DNA of 64,000 nucleotides from a bacterium (GCA_963675295.2 CAXXKJ010000002.1:3840001-3904000), one strand, 5' to 3'; numbered from the stretch's first letter, positions 1 to 9,444 are shown. A program made the numbers and translations. The notes: generated from the sequence alone by a model not told the origin.

Positions 1-1
1 C

Positions 2-235
2 ACGGAGGATGCGGTCAAATCGCGTGGCAACCTGCGCTTCACCTATGGCCTGATCGCTGCGATTGCCGTGTTTCCTCTTGTGATCGGGATGGACATCGTG
101 CTCTCACCAGCGTCCGAGAACCCCGTGCTGGAAAAAATCTGGCTGATCCCGGCGCTGATTGTGATGCTGGTCGGGAATTACCTGCTGCAACGCCGCACGA
201 TCAAGGGCTACCGCAAGGGCGACGTGTTCAAGTAA
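2..235 (+). CDS. 3' part of a small membrane protein, paralogue of 272..679 (runs off the window start)
   Basis: Frame 2 is open from base 2 to TAA at 233-235: TEDAVKSRGNLRFTYGLIAAIAVF...LLQRRTIKGYRKGDVFK. It aligns by eye with EDAFLSRADFSFSYHL...SRHSIKGYSRNEVFD of the next gene. Confidence 0.75.
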   Translation, partial: TEDAVKSRGNLRFTYGLIAAIAVFPLVIGMDIVLSPASENPVLEKIWLIPALIVMLVGNYLLQRRTIKGYRKGDVFK

Positions 236-271
236 ACCGCAATTCGATGTCAATACGAGTGAGATACCCCC

Positions 272-679
272 ATGTTCAAACTGACTCGCAACCTGAAAAT
301 CTTCGCCGCGGTCGCACTGCTGGCGACCGTTGCTTTCCATTCGACACTCAGCTGGTTGCTGATCGAGCAGCTGTATGTCTGGATCTGGCCACTGGCCGGA
401 GCGTACTGCGTGACGATGTTCTTTAACGGTCTGCTCAACGGACGCCGGGAGGACGCATTCCTCTCCCGCGCCGACTTCAGCTTCAGCTATCACCTGATGA
501 CGTACATCGTCGTCGTGCCGGTGTGGCTGCCGTTCATCATCACCCGTCCGACCGTCGACACTGGCAGCAAGATCGCGGAGTTCCTCGGCATGCTCGGCTG
601 GGGTGTCGGCCTCTTGATCCATTATTTCGTCAGCCGGCACTCGATCAAGGGCTACAGCCGGAACGAGGTGTTTGATTAG
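272..679 (+). CDS. hypothetical integral membrane protein (about 4 TM)
   Basis: 135 aa ORF with four hydrophobic stretches and GC3-biased codons. Confidence 0.8.
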   Translation: MFKLTRNLKIFAAVALLATVAFHSTLSWLLIEQLYVWIWPLAGAYCVTMFFNGLLNGRREDAFLSRADFSFSYHLMTYIVVVPVWLPFIITRPTVDTGSKIAEFLGMLGWGVGLLIHYFVSRHSIKGYSRNEVFD

Positions 680-764
680 ATTCGACACGCCACCGTGTTG
701 AGTGCGGGCGGGAGGACGTCTATATTCCACGAACTCAAACATCCACCCCACCTGTCGAGGTTTT

Positions 765-2210
765 ATGAGCGACGGCCGTCCGTCCAACGACTCTCCGACG
801 CAGAAGGATGCGCTCGCCGAAGGTGAAGCAAAGCAGCAGGCAGCGGAAGAAGAGCTGAACAAAGAAGATCTTTCGCTACTCGATAATTTCAAGATCCTGT
901 TCGGTGCGTCCCGCGGCTTCTGGCTGGTCAATCAGGTCAACTTCCTCGATGGGATCGCGTATTTCGGCATCCTCCACCTGCTCACGTTGTTCATCACCCG
1001 TGACGTCGGCCTCTCGATCAACGCGACGACCATCGCGGTCTCGACGTTTACCGGCCTCGTCACCCTGTTCATGTTCGGCGGCGGTTTTGTTTCGGACGCG
1101 CTCGGTGTCCGCCGTGCAATTTCCCTGTGTCTGATGGGACTGCTGGTCGGCCGGACGATGCTGCTCGCTTCGCCGGTGGTTGGCGGACCGGTCATGATGT
1201 GGGGCGGTTTGCTGCTGATGGCGATCGCGACCGGTATTCTGCAACCGGCATTGTACGCGGGCGTCAAGGAATACTCCGACCCCCGTACCGCGACCATCGG
1301 CTACAGCCTGCTGTATTCGATCATGAACCTCGGCATCGTCGCGGAAGCGTTTGTCAGCCCGGTGATCCGTGAGGTCTCACGCGAGGGCGCGTTTGACAAC
1401 ACCCCGTTCGCCCCGCTGGTCAACCCTGAGAACGGGATCGGCGGTGTCTACATCGCGCTGGTCGGGATCACCATCCTGATGTTCCTGCTGCACACGTCGA
1501 TGTTCAGCAAGAAGGTTGAGGATCGTGATCGCTGGGTAAAGGAAGAGGAGAAGCCGAGGGACGCGGTGAAGAAACCGCTGTTGCAGAGGATGAAGGAGCT
1601 GCCGTTCCTCGACGCCCGCTTCATCTTCTTCATCTTCATTCTGCTCCCGGTGCGGACGTTGTTCGCGCATCAATTCCTCACCCTGCCGGAATACATTTTC
1701 CGAGCCTACCCGGAAGCTGTCGCAGATAAGCTTGAGTGGTTCCAGGGCTTGAATCCCCTGATCATCGTCATCTTCGTGCCGCTGATTGCGATGTTCACGC
1801 GCAAGGTCGGTGTGGTCAAGATGATGATCTGGGGCACCGCATTATCGGCGATCACCACCTTCATCCTCGTGCCGGGACCGGATGTGACCCGGCTGATCAT
1901 TTACGTCGTGATGTTCAGCTTCGGCGAGGCAATCTGGTCCAGCCGTTTCCTCGAATATGTCGCGGACCTCGCCCCGGCTGGCAAGGTGGGCGCGTACATG
2001 GGCCTGGCGGGGATCCCGTGGTTCCTCGCGAAGGCGACAACGGGCTGGTATGCTGGCTCGATGATCGACAAATTTATCCCGGTCGGCGGAACGGAAGCCT
2101 CCGGAACCATGTGGCTGGTCTATGGGTTCATCGCCTGCATCAGCCCGATCGGGTTGCTGATCGGGTACAAGTGGGTGACCCAGGGCGCACACACCGGTCA
2201 CGACAAGTAA
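765..2210 (+). CDS. MFS transporter, POT/PTR peptide-transporter-like
   Basis: About 12 TM segments; GGFVSDALGVRR (MFS motif A-like) and GYSLLYSIMNLG (PTR-like). ATG 765 chosen because of a GAGG RBS; the ORF track starts at 702. Confidence 0.85.
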   Translation: MSDGRPSNDSPTQKDALAEGEAKQQAAEEELNKEDLSLLDNFKILFGASRGFWLVNQVNFLDGIAYFGILHLLTLFITRDVGLSINATTIAVSTFTGLVTLFMFGGGFVSDALGVRRAISLCLMGLLVGRTMLLASPVVGGPVMMWGGLLLMAIATGILQPALYAGVKEYSDPRTATIGYSLLYSIMNLGIVAEAFVSPVIREVSREGAFDNTPFAPLVNPENGIGGVYIALVGITILMFLLHTSMFSKKVEDRDRWVKEEEKPRDAVKKPLLQRMKELPFLDARFIFFIFILLPVRTLFAHQFLTLPEYIFRAYPEAVADKLEWFQGLNPLIIVIFVPLIAMFTRKVGVVKMMIWGTALSAITTFILVPGPDVTRLIIYVVMFSFGEAIWSSRFLEYVADLAPAGKVGAYMGLAGIPWFLAKATTGWYAGSMIDKFIPVGGTEASGTMWLVYGFIACISPIGLLIGYKWVTQGAHTGHDK

Positions 2211-2298
2211 ACCACGACGAGTCTGCCACCGTGAAACCGTTCCCGGTGGACGGACGTGCGAAGGAAGTCAGGGAAGTCTTACAGCCTGGAGCAAATCG

Positions 2299-2589
2299 TT
2301 GGCGGGTGAACAACCAAAGAAGAGTTTCCTTGGAAAGGTGCTGAGCCTGTTTCGGCGCGGCAAATTGCGCTGTCCGATCTGCCGCTCGACCAACATCCGC
2401 CGCAGCACACGCCGTGGATGGTTGGAGACGGACGCGTTGCCGTGGATTCACGCCTACCCGTACCGCTGCCGCGACTGCGACAATCGGTTCTTCCTCCATG
2501 TCCGTCAGCATCGGGACGCCATCTCCAAGACACGTTTCGCGGACGCATCCGAGCTGCTTCGTGCCGACCCTGAAAAGAAGGAAGAGTGA
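2299..2589 (+). CDS. small zinc-ribbon protein
   Basis: CPICRSTNIRRS...YPYRCRDC, two CxxC pairs; GGAG upstream. Confidence 0.7.
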   Translation: MAGEQPKKSFLGKVLSLFRRGKLRCPICRSTNIRRSTRRGWLETDALPWIHAYPYRCRDCDNRFFLHVRQHRDAISKTRFADASELLRADPEKKEE

Positions 2590-2610
2590 CTCCACTCTCT
2601 CACGAGAATC

Positions 2611-2647
2611 AAACCTCCCCACGATTTGTTTGCGGGGAGGTTTTGTT
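2611..2647 (+). terminator. intrinsic terminator
   Basis: aaacctcccc...ggggaggttttgtt hairpin with T-tract after the 2589 stop. Confidence 0.65.
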
Positions 2648-2759
2648 ATATTTATCAGATCCTGAGTCCTTGTTATTTTTGGTAGTTAGCCTCTATTTCT
2701 TCCGTACGAATCCACTACTCAAGTATACGTCACCATGAATTGAATGCCTGAGGGCGCAA

Positions 2760-2963
2760 ATGCGTCTGCCGACCGACTATTTCCACAAGCAGTGTCCGTT
2801 CTGCGGATCGGATCGCATCCGCCGCACTGCACGGCACGGCTTCTTCGAACGCAGCATCTACCCAATGCTGAATGCCTACCCCTATCGTTGCGAAAAGTGT
2901 TCCCACCGAATGCTGATGTTCATCGGCCGCCAAGGTGTGATCGAACTGACGGAGAGCCGGTAG
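2760..2963 (+). CDS. small zinc-ribbon protein, paralogue of 2299..2589
   Basis: CPFCGSDRIRRT...YPYRCEKC; GAGG RBS upstream. Confidence 0.75.
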   Translation: MRLPTDYFHKQCPFCGSDRIRRTARHGFFERSIYPMLNAYPYRCEKCSHRMLMFIGRQGVIELTESR

Positions 2964-2970
2964 TCTTTGA

Positions 2971-3017
2971 TCACCGCGTAGCGGTGACGCGAGTTAGCGT
3001 GTGGCTTCAGCCACACG
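2971..3017. repeat. REP-like palindromic repeat family A, single copy
   Basis: tcaccgcgtagcggtga...ttagcgtgtggcttcagccacacg matches the units at 7326-7529. Confidence 0.8.
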
Positions 3018-3143
3018 GACAGGCCGTACCCCACCCCATTTTTTCGCAGTCTGATCCTCTGACCGGCGTCCTGTAGGGCCGCCGCAAATACGTTGCTTCG
3101 TTTCTACAACAGACCACCAGTCACAGCCGCCCACAGCTTTCAG

Positions 3144-3178
3144 TTACCGATAACCGACCACCGACCACCGATTACCGC
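3144..3178. repeat. heptamer tandem tract (NNACCGA)
   Basis: ttaccga taaccga ccaccga ccaccga ttaccgc, directly after the yjbQ stop. Confidence 0.75.
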
Positions 3179-3181
3179 CAT

Positions 3182-3601
3182 TCACTCTCCGATAACCTTC
3201 ACCAGCACCCGTTTCCGTCGGCGTCCATCAAACTCGCCGTAGAAGATCTGCTCCCACGTGCCGAAATCCAGCCGTCCGTCGGTGATCGCGACCACCACCT
3301 CGCGCCCCATCAGCTGGCGTTTCATGTGCGCATCGGCGTTGTCTTCGCCGGTGTCGTTGTGCCGGTACTGGCTGACCGGAGCATGCGGCGCCAGGCCCTC
3401 CAGCCATTTCTCGTAATCCTGGTGCAAGCCGTGCTCGTCGTCGTTGATGAACACCGAGGCCGTGATGTGCATCGCGTTGACCAGCACCAGCCCTTCACGC
3501 ACTCCGGACTTGCGCACTGCATCTTCCACCTGCGGCGTAATGTTGATGAACGCCCGGCGTGTCGGAATATCAAACCACAGTTCTTCACGATGGGATTTCA
3601 T
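3182..3601 (-). CDS. yjbQ: YjbQ/UPF0047 family protein (secondary thiamine-phosphate synthase)
   Basis: [26 protein letters not shown] and [18 protein letters not shown] are typical UPF0047 motifs. Confidence 0.92.
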   Translation of the reverse strand: MKSHREELWFDIPTRRAFINITPQVEDAVRKSGVREGLVLVNAMHITASVFINDDEHGLHQDYEKWLEGLAPHAPVSQYRHNDTGEDNADAHMKRQLMGREVVVAITDGRLDFGTWEQIFYGEFDGRRRKRVLVKVIGE

Positions 3602-3716
3602 GGCTTCCTCAGGTATTGGGCTATAGGCTGTGGGCCATGGGCGATTGATTTCAATAATCTTGCCCGTGTTGGCTCAGACAACTCGGGTAATCAGCACAAG
3701 TCCCTTGCAGTCTGTC

Positions 3717-4322
3717 CTACGCCTCTTCCACCAGCAGCAGCACCCGTTCCACCCCGCGACCGTCGTCGACAAATGTCGCGTGCAGACGGATTTCATTTCC
3801 GCTGATATCGATATCTTCGCGCAGGTTCATGCACTGGCTCAGCGCTTCTTTTTCGGCGGGCGTGATCATCAGCGGCGCATTGAACCCGTCCGAGTTAACC
3901 CGCCGGTTGACCTTCCCGTTGTCCATCACCGTCAGCACGCCGGGCACAAACTGCAGCCGCCGCCGCGCGATCGCTTCGAACGAGGCGTGCGGAAACGCGT
4001 CTTTCAGTTCACGCAGGGTCTGGTACGCGAGGTCGGAAAACGGTGGGTCGGGCAGCAACAACTCGGACGCCAGCTTGTTCGCCTCGAACTCTTCGTCCGG
4101 GCTGAGGTCGCCGCGGTGGTCGAGCAGCACATGCGCGGCTTCGTGCGCCAGCGAAAAATGCTGCCGTTCCGGGGGCATCGATTCGTCCAGCACCACAATC
4201 GAGGCGCCGGACGCATCCTCATACTTGTACGCCGGCACACCTCCGGGCAGTGGGGTATCATAGACGATGGTCAGCCCGTGCTTGTCCGCGAACTCGGCTG
4301 CCCAGTCGGACATCTGGCTCAT
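3717..4322 (-). CDS. ImmA/IrrE family Zn metallopeptidase
   Basis: ERQHFSLAHEAAHVLL (HExxH) and EEFEANKLASELLLP; ATGA overlap with the upstream gene. Confidence 0.88.
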   Translation of the reverse strand: MSQMSDWAAEFADKHGLTIVYDTPLPGGVPAYKYEDASGASIVVLDESMPPERQHFSLAHEAAHVLLDHRGDLSPDEEFEANKLASELLLPDPPFSDLAYQTLRELKDAFPHASFEAIARRRLQFVPGVLTVMDNGKVNRRVNSDGFNAPLMITPAEKEALSQCMNLREDIDISGNEIRLHATFVDDGRGVERVLLLVEEA

Positions 4323-5869
4323 TCGGAATCGTCCCCGTCCTCGTCCTCAGTTGGGGTGTGAATGCCGTATTTCTCGAGCTGACGGTACAGCGTCGCTCGT
4401 CCGAGCCCGAGCTTCTTCGCGGTCAGGCTGATATTGTGGTTGCATGCCTCGTACGCCTGCCGGGTGATCCACGCCTTCACCTCTTCCAGCGTCGGGACAT
4501 CGTCCGCGCTGTCATACGTCGGCCACGCTCCGGACGGCTTGTACTGCACCGCCGCCGCGGACGCTTCCGATTCCGGCCGGTGGATCGGGGCAACATCGAG
4601 CACATCCTCGTCGTAATCCTCGCTCTCGACCACCACCATCTCCACCTCGACCGCTTCCGCCGGGGCTTTCGCGCGAATGTCCTCGGAGACATCGTTCAGC
4701 GTGATCACATCCTTCTCCGCCAGCACCATCGCGCGCGTGATCACATTTTCCAGCTGCCGCACATTGCCCGGCCACTCGTACTTCTTCATCGCCTCGAGCG
4801 TCGCCGGCGAGAACCCGCGCAAATCTTCCCGTCCCAACGATTTGGCGTGCTTGTCGAGGAAATGGCCGCACAGCAGCGCAATATCGTCGCCACGCTTGTT
4901 CAACTGCGGCATGTGAATCGGGTACGGGTTGATACGATAGTACAGGTCTTCACGGAACCGCCCCTCGCGCACTTCCTTCTCAAGGTTCCGCTGCGTCGCG
5001 CACACCAGCCGCACATCCACCTGGATCGTCTTGTTGCCGCCGACACGCTCGATCTCCCGCTCCTGCAACGCACGCAGCAGCTTCGCCTGCACCGACTGGT
5101 CAAGCTCGCCGATTTCGTCGAGGAACAACGTGCCGCCGTTCGCCTGTTCGAACTTGCCGATCTTGCGGTCGATCGCGCCGGTGAACGACCCCTTCTCATG
5201 GCCGAACAGTTCCGATTCGACCAGCTCTTTCGGGATCGCTGCGCAGTTCACCGTCACCAGCGCCTTGTCGGACCGCGTGCCGTTGTAGTGGATCGCCCGC
5301 GCGACCAGCTCCTTGCCGGTGCCGGACTCGCCGAGGATCAGCACCGCAATGTCGTTGGTCAATGTGCGTTCGATCAGCTTGAACACCTTGCGCATCGGTT
5401 CACTGCGGCCGATCAGCTTGTCGAACGTATACGCTTGCCGCACCTCACGCCGCAGCCGGGTCAGCTCCAGCGACACCTGGCGCTGCGACACCGCGTGCCG
5501 CACCGTCGCCGTCAATCCTTCTTCGCCGACAGGTTTGATCAGGTAGTCGTACGCGCCCTCACGGATCGTCTCAATCGCGGTCGACACCTTGTCCTGCCCG
5601 CTGACCACGATCACCGGCAGATTCGAATCGAACTTGCGGATGCGTTTCAGCGTTTCGAGGCCGCCGATGCCCGGCATGATCAAGTCCAGCACCACCACAT
5701 GTGGCAGCATGCCTTGATCGATCGCGGACAGGCATTCTTCTCCCGAACCGAAGATTTCGCAGGAGAATCCAGCCCGGTTCAGCCGCAGTTTCTGGTTCTT
5801 CGCGAGGAACGGATCGTCTTCCACCAGGAAAATCCGTGCGCCGGTGGTGTCGTCAAACATTTCGCTCAT
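4319..5869 (-). CDS. sigma54-dependent response regulator (NtrC family: receiver, AAA+, Fis HTH)
   Basis: Receiver LVEDD...LDLIMP, Walker A GESGTGKE, GSFTGA, Walker B LFLDEIGE, WPGNVRQL, HTH TAKKLGLGRATLYRQL. Confidence 0.95.
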   Translation of the reverse strand: MSEMFDDTTGARIFLVEDDPFLAKNQKLRLNRAGFSCEIFGSGEECLSAIDQGMLPHVVVLDLIMPGIGGLETLKRIRKFDSNLPVIVVSGQDKVSTAIETIREGAYDYLIKPVGEEGLTATVRHAVSQRQVSLELTRLRREVRQAYTFDKLIGRSEPMRKVFKLIERTLTNDIAVLILGESGTGKELVARAIHYNGTRSDKALVTVNCAAIPKELVESELFGHEKGSFTGAIDRKIGKFEQANGGTLFLDEIGELDQSVQAKLLRALQEREIERVGGNKTIQVDVRLVCATQRNLEKEVREGRFREDLYYRINPYPIHMPQLNKRGDDIALLCGHFLDKHAKSLGREDLRGFSPATLEAMKKYEWPGNVRQLENVITRAMVLAEKDVITLNDVSEDIRAKAPAEAVEVEMVVVESEDYDEDVLDVAPIHRPESEASAAAVQYKPSGAWPTYDSADDVPTLEEVKAWITRQAYEACNHNISLTAKKLGLGRATLYRQLEKYGIHTPTEDEDGDDSE

Positions 5870-6202
5870 TGGTCACCTTGGTTCGGGGGGTGAGGGGACA
5901 CGTTCCGCCAGCCGATACTGGGAAACGCCGGACATCTGATACACTTGCATTGTATCACTGTGGTACACCGGAAGGTAGCGTGGAACAGCCGTTTTGACAA
6001 GTCTCGGAGACGAGCCATCGCCAGAGAGACCCTCGGGCTGTACATCAAACTCGTTTCGCATTCGGCGTTTTCCCGCGAAAGATCGCCGCGAAGCGTGGAA
6101 CGGGCACGGCATTGGCGGGTACCACAACCGGACTGGGTCCAGCGTTGATCGCGCCTGATAAGGCACCAAACACGCCGAGATTAACCTGAAATTGAGGATA
6201 GC

Positions 6203-7267
6203 ATGGAACGCAACGCCGTACATACTCAGCAGATTCGGAACCTGTTGACTCAACCGGACGCCTTTTCACGCGAAAATGAAGCGGACGACGCCCTGTTCTA
6301 CACACGGCCTCGCATGGTGCAACATCTCGACTCCACCGCCCTGGAAACCGTTGCGGAGCTGATCGGCGCGTTGGCGGTTCGCGAGCATCCGGATGTGCTC
6401 GACCTCATGGCCAGCATCGACACTCACTTGCCCGACTCGTTCGAAGCGGGACGTGTCGCCGGCCTCGGCATGAACGCCGACGAGCTCGCTGCGAACCCGA
6501 AGCTCGATGAGCGCGTGGTCCATGATCTCAACGCCACCCCCACCCTGCCGTTCCCGGACAACAGCTTCGACATCGTGCTCAACACGCTGTCAGTGCAATA
6601 CCTGACGCATCCCGTCGAAATCTTCCGCGAGGTGAACCGTGTGCTGCGGGACGGCGGCCTGCACCTCGTCATCTTCTCCAACCGCACCTTCGCACCGAAA
6701 GCGGTCACCATCTGGACGCAACTCACTGAATCGGAGCGCCTGGAACTGCTGCGGATCTATTTCGCGGACGCCGGTGGGTTCACGCAGCCGGACACCTTCA
6801 TCGTGATGGGCCGCCCTCGCCCGCACGGTGACAAGTACGAATCCACCGGCGTGCCCAGCGATCCGGTGTACGCGGTCTACGCGGAGAAAGGCGATCCGGC
6901 GTCGCACGCTGACCGTCGTCACGCGCCGCCTGTTGAGTCCGAACACCCCGACCACGATGAGATCGAGCGGCGCAAGGCGGAGTTTGTGCACACCGGCAAG
7001 TGCCCGTACTGCGGCGAGCCGATGCACCTCTGGGCGGTGACGGAAAATCCGATGACGACCTGGAATCACGACTTTTACGTTTGCATCAACGACGAGTGTC
7101 CGTATGTCGTGCGCGGCTGGCGGGTGATGTACGAACAGGGCAATCCGGGCCTGTCCTACCGGCTCTGCTTCGATCCGGTCTCGAAGACGTTCAGCTCACT
7201 GAGTGTCCCTAGCCTCAGCGCGATTAAGAGCCAGATCAAGGACGAGGTTTACGAACCGGAGGAGTGA
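6203..7267 (+). CDS. class I SAM methyltransferase fused to a C-terminal zinc-ribbon domain
   Basis: DALFYTRPRMVQHLD, VLDLMAS, LPFPDNSFD, FSNR; C-terminal CPYC...CINDEC; GAGGA RBS. Confidence 0.85.
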   Translation: MERNAVHTQQIRNLLTQPDAFSRENEADDALFYTRPRMVQHLDSTALETVAELIGALAVREHPDVLDLMASIDTHLPDSFEAGRVAGLGMNADELAANPKLDERVVHDLNATPTLPFPDNSFDIVLNTLSVQYLTHPVEIFREVNRVLRDGGLHLVIFSNRTFAPKAVTIWTQLTESERLELLRIYFADAGGFTQPDTFIVMGRPRPHGDKYESTGVPSDPVYAVYAEKGDPASHADRRHAPPVESEHPDHDEIERRKAEFVHTGKCPYCGEPMHLWAVTENPMTTWNHDFYVCINDECPYVVRGWRVMYEQGNPGLSYRLCFDPVSKTFSSLSVPSLSAIKSQIKDEVYEPEE

Positions 7268-7325
7268 AGTGGGGGCGTCTATCGCGAACCAGCGGTGAAT
7301 CTAGATCGAAAACTACGCTTTTTGT

Positions 7326-7529
7326 CACCGCGTAGCGGTGAAGGGTGGTTAGCGTGTGGTTTCAACCACACGTGCGGGAACCCACCTTCCCATCCCTTTG
7401 TCCTCACCGCGTAGCGGTGAAGGGTGGTTAGAGTGTGGCTTCAGCCACACGAGCGGGCGTCCACTTCCCATCCCTTTGTCCCCACCGCGTTGCGGTGAAG
7501 GGTGGTTAGCGTGTGGTTTCAACCACACG
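7326..7529. repeat. REP-like family A, three tandem units (period 78-79 bp)
   Basis: caccgcgtagcggtgaagggtggttagcgtgtggtttcaaccacacg at about 7326, 7405 and 7483; two hairpins per unit; linkers similar to each other. Confidence 0.9.
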
Positions 7530-7697
7530 AAAACGTGCCCACCCAATATCATTATGACCCGCAACAAATGCCCCTGTGACCTGCCGCCAAGCGGTTCGCA
7601 GGGTTCATCCGCACCATGAAAACCTGGATCGCTCATGCCCCAGACATTCATGTCTGGGCTGATCCGCCCGTTCCACTGAACCACACCACGAATTCAC

Positions 7698-8843
7698 CTA
7701 CTCATCCCGTTCCTTCAACCGCAACGCCATCGCGGCAATATCCGAGACCGGCACACGATCAAACCGCACCTTCGCGCTGTCGCCGACTTGTCCACGGAAC
7801 ACCGCCGCGCCTTTCTGCGCCCGGGGCCAACTCCGCCACGGGTGCGGATTGACGGTCAGCAGCACTACCGGCGTATCCAGCGCCGCCGCAAGGTGCAGGA
7901 GGCCGTTGTCAATTCCGGCGACCAGCGCCGCCGTCGCCAGCATATCCATCAACTTCGGCACCGGCACATTGTCGTAAAACGCGCAGTCCAACGCCTCCGC
8001 CACCGGCTTCGCGCGCTCGCTGTCGCCCGGTCCCGCGACGACCACATAGTCCAGGTCACCCATCGTCCGCGCGAGGTCGATGAACACGTCCGCCGGCCAC
8101 CCGTAGCTGTGCCCATCCCACCCCGGTAGCAGGATCACCGGACGCTCGATATCCCTGTCGCGCCACAGTTTTCGTCCACGCTCCAGCCGGTCGAACCCGT
8201 GCGGCAGGCTCGGCGTCCGCCCAACCACCTCCGTGCCGATCAGCTCCGTCAGCTGCAGGTAATAATCGGCCATGTGATCGTTCAGCATCGCGGGGACTGC
8301 CGGAATGTTGTAAAACGGTCCACGTCCGCCGAGATTCACCCCCAGCCGGTGGGAAAAACGCGCCCGCCGCAACAATTTCGCGCGTTCGTACTCGGCTTCA
8401 TACGTCAGGTCGAGAACGATGCAACTCTCGTCCTTACCCTGAGTTTCGTTCGTCAATTCCGCCAATGGCCTGACATCTCCCCACCCCGTCCCGGCAAACA
8501 ATTCCGTCGCGTAGTTCGGCGCATACAGCACCCGTTTCGCCTTCGCAAAGCGCAGTCGCAACGCGCGCAGCGCCGGCTCCGCGAAGACCAGTTCGCGCAA
8601 CGGGCCGGGATGGATCACGATGATCCGCTCAACGTGCTCCCGGGCAGGCATCAGCGGAACCGGCCGTCGTGGATGCCGCATCGCGATCCAGAGCCGGTGC
8701 AGCCTTCGTTTGAAGCCACGTTCGGCGTGCCGCGCCTCCGGCGAGAAGACGACGTCCGGTGAGATTGGCAACGGATCGCCCAGCGTTTCCGGCAGCGCCT
8801 CGCGTGAAGCGCCTTCCATATTTTCCCACGCCGATCCGATCAT
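7698..8843 (-). CDS. glycosyltransferase family 9 (heptosyltransferase-like)
   Basis: PALRALR, HMADYYL, WPADVF, GIDNGLLHLAAALDTPVV; ATG 8843 overlaps the upstream TGA (ATGA). Confidence 0.82.
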   Translation of the reverse strand: MIGSAWENMEGASREALPETLGDPLPISPDVVFSPEARHAERGFKRRLHRLWIAMRHPRRPVPLMPAREHVERIIVIHPGPLRELVFAEPALRALRLRFAKAKRVLYAPNYATELFAGTGWGDVRPLAELTNETQGKDESCIVLDLTYEAEYERAKLLRRARFSHRLGVNLGGRGPFYNIPAVPAMLNDHMADYYLQLTELIGTEVVGRTPSLPHGFDRLERGRKLWRDRDIERPVILLPGWDGHSYGWPADVFIDLARTMGDLDYVVVAGPGDSERAKPVAEALDCAFYDNVPVPKLMDMLATAALVAGIDNGLLHLAAALDTPVVLLTVNPHPWRSWPRAQKGAAVFRGQVGDSAKVRFDRVPVSDIAAMALRLKERDE

Positions 8844-9274
8844 CTCACCGACCCGGATATCGCCTCGATCCGCCGCACCGCTTCCGCGCACACCGACGCC
8901 ATGTGATCGCCAGGATCGTTCGCGTGCACCATCAGCGACGCCACATGCGGCGCGACAACGTCCACCCGCACCTCCGCGATTGCTGCCAGAGCAAGCGACG
9001 CGTTCGGACAATGATTGCCGGACTCGTCGTTCAGCATCCACATCAGTTTGCGCGCGAGGTCACGCACACGTTCGTCTTGCAGGGTATCCGCGAGCACGGT
9101 GAACGCGTGCAACGTGGGCTCGAGCCGCTCGCTGTCGGTTTCGTGCAACGCCGAGATCAGCGCGCGTTGCAGGCCCGGCTTTGAAGAGAGCATCGTGCGT
9201 ACCTGCTCCCACTCCCCCGCCGCAATCGCCTGCAGCAAGGCGGCCCGGTTGGCTGTCCTCTGGTTTGCTTCCAT
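8840..9274 (-). CDS. helical HEAT-like protein resembling the DVU0298 family
   Basis: ARKLMWMLNDESGN resembles the family motif RRLMWxLNDESG (recalled, not searched). Confidence 0.6.
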   Translation of the reverse strand: MEANQRTANRAALLQAIAAGEWEQVRTMLSSKPGLQRALISALHETDSERLEPTLHAFTVLADTLQDERVRDLARKLMWMLNDESGNHCPNASLALAAIAEVRVDVVAPHVASLMVHANDPGDHMASVCAEAVRRIEAISGSVR

Positions 9275-9444
9275 GGCGGAAAGATAGACGGACGCGTGCT
9301 CTCGCGCCAGCGTGGAACTCAGAAAGCATCGGCCCCCGAATGCCCCCGCTGGGGATTTTCGGTTTTTTCTCCAACAATCAACTCTACCCTCCCATTCGAC
9401 GGAGCAGGCTTGTATCTTCGGCGACGGAGTTTTCAGGAGGTGGA

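Noticed and set aside
5866-6048. 60-aa ORF overlapping the start of the sigma54 regulator
   Set aside because: No RBS, motif or codon bias; likely promoter DNA.
6100-6176. GG-N10-GC matches upstream of the methyltransferase
   Set aside because: They lack the TGGC and TTGC context and are expected by chance in GC-rich DNA.
7326-7529. Possible mini CRISPR array (47-bp repeats with about 31-bp gaps)
   Set aside because: The gaps resemble each other (cttcccatccctttgtcc), a lone copy exists at 2971 and there are no cas genes; this fits REP elements.
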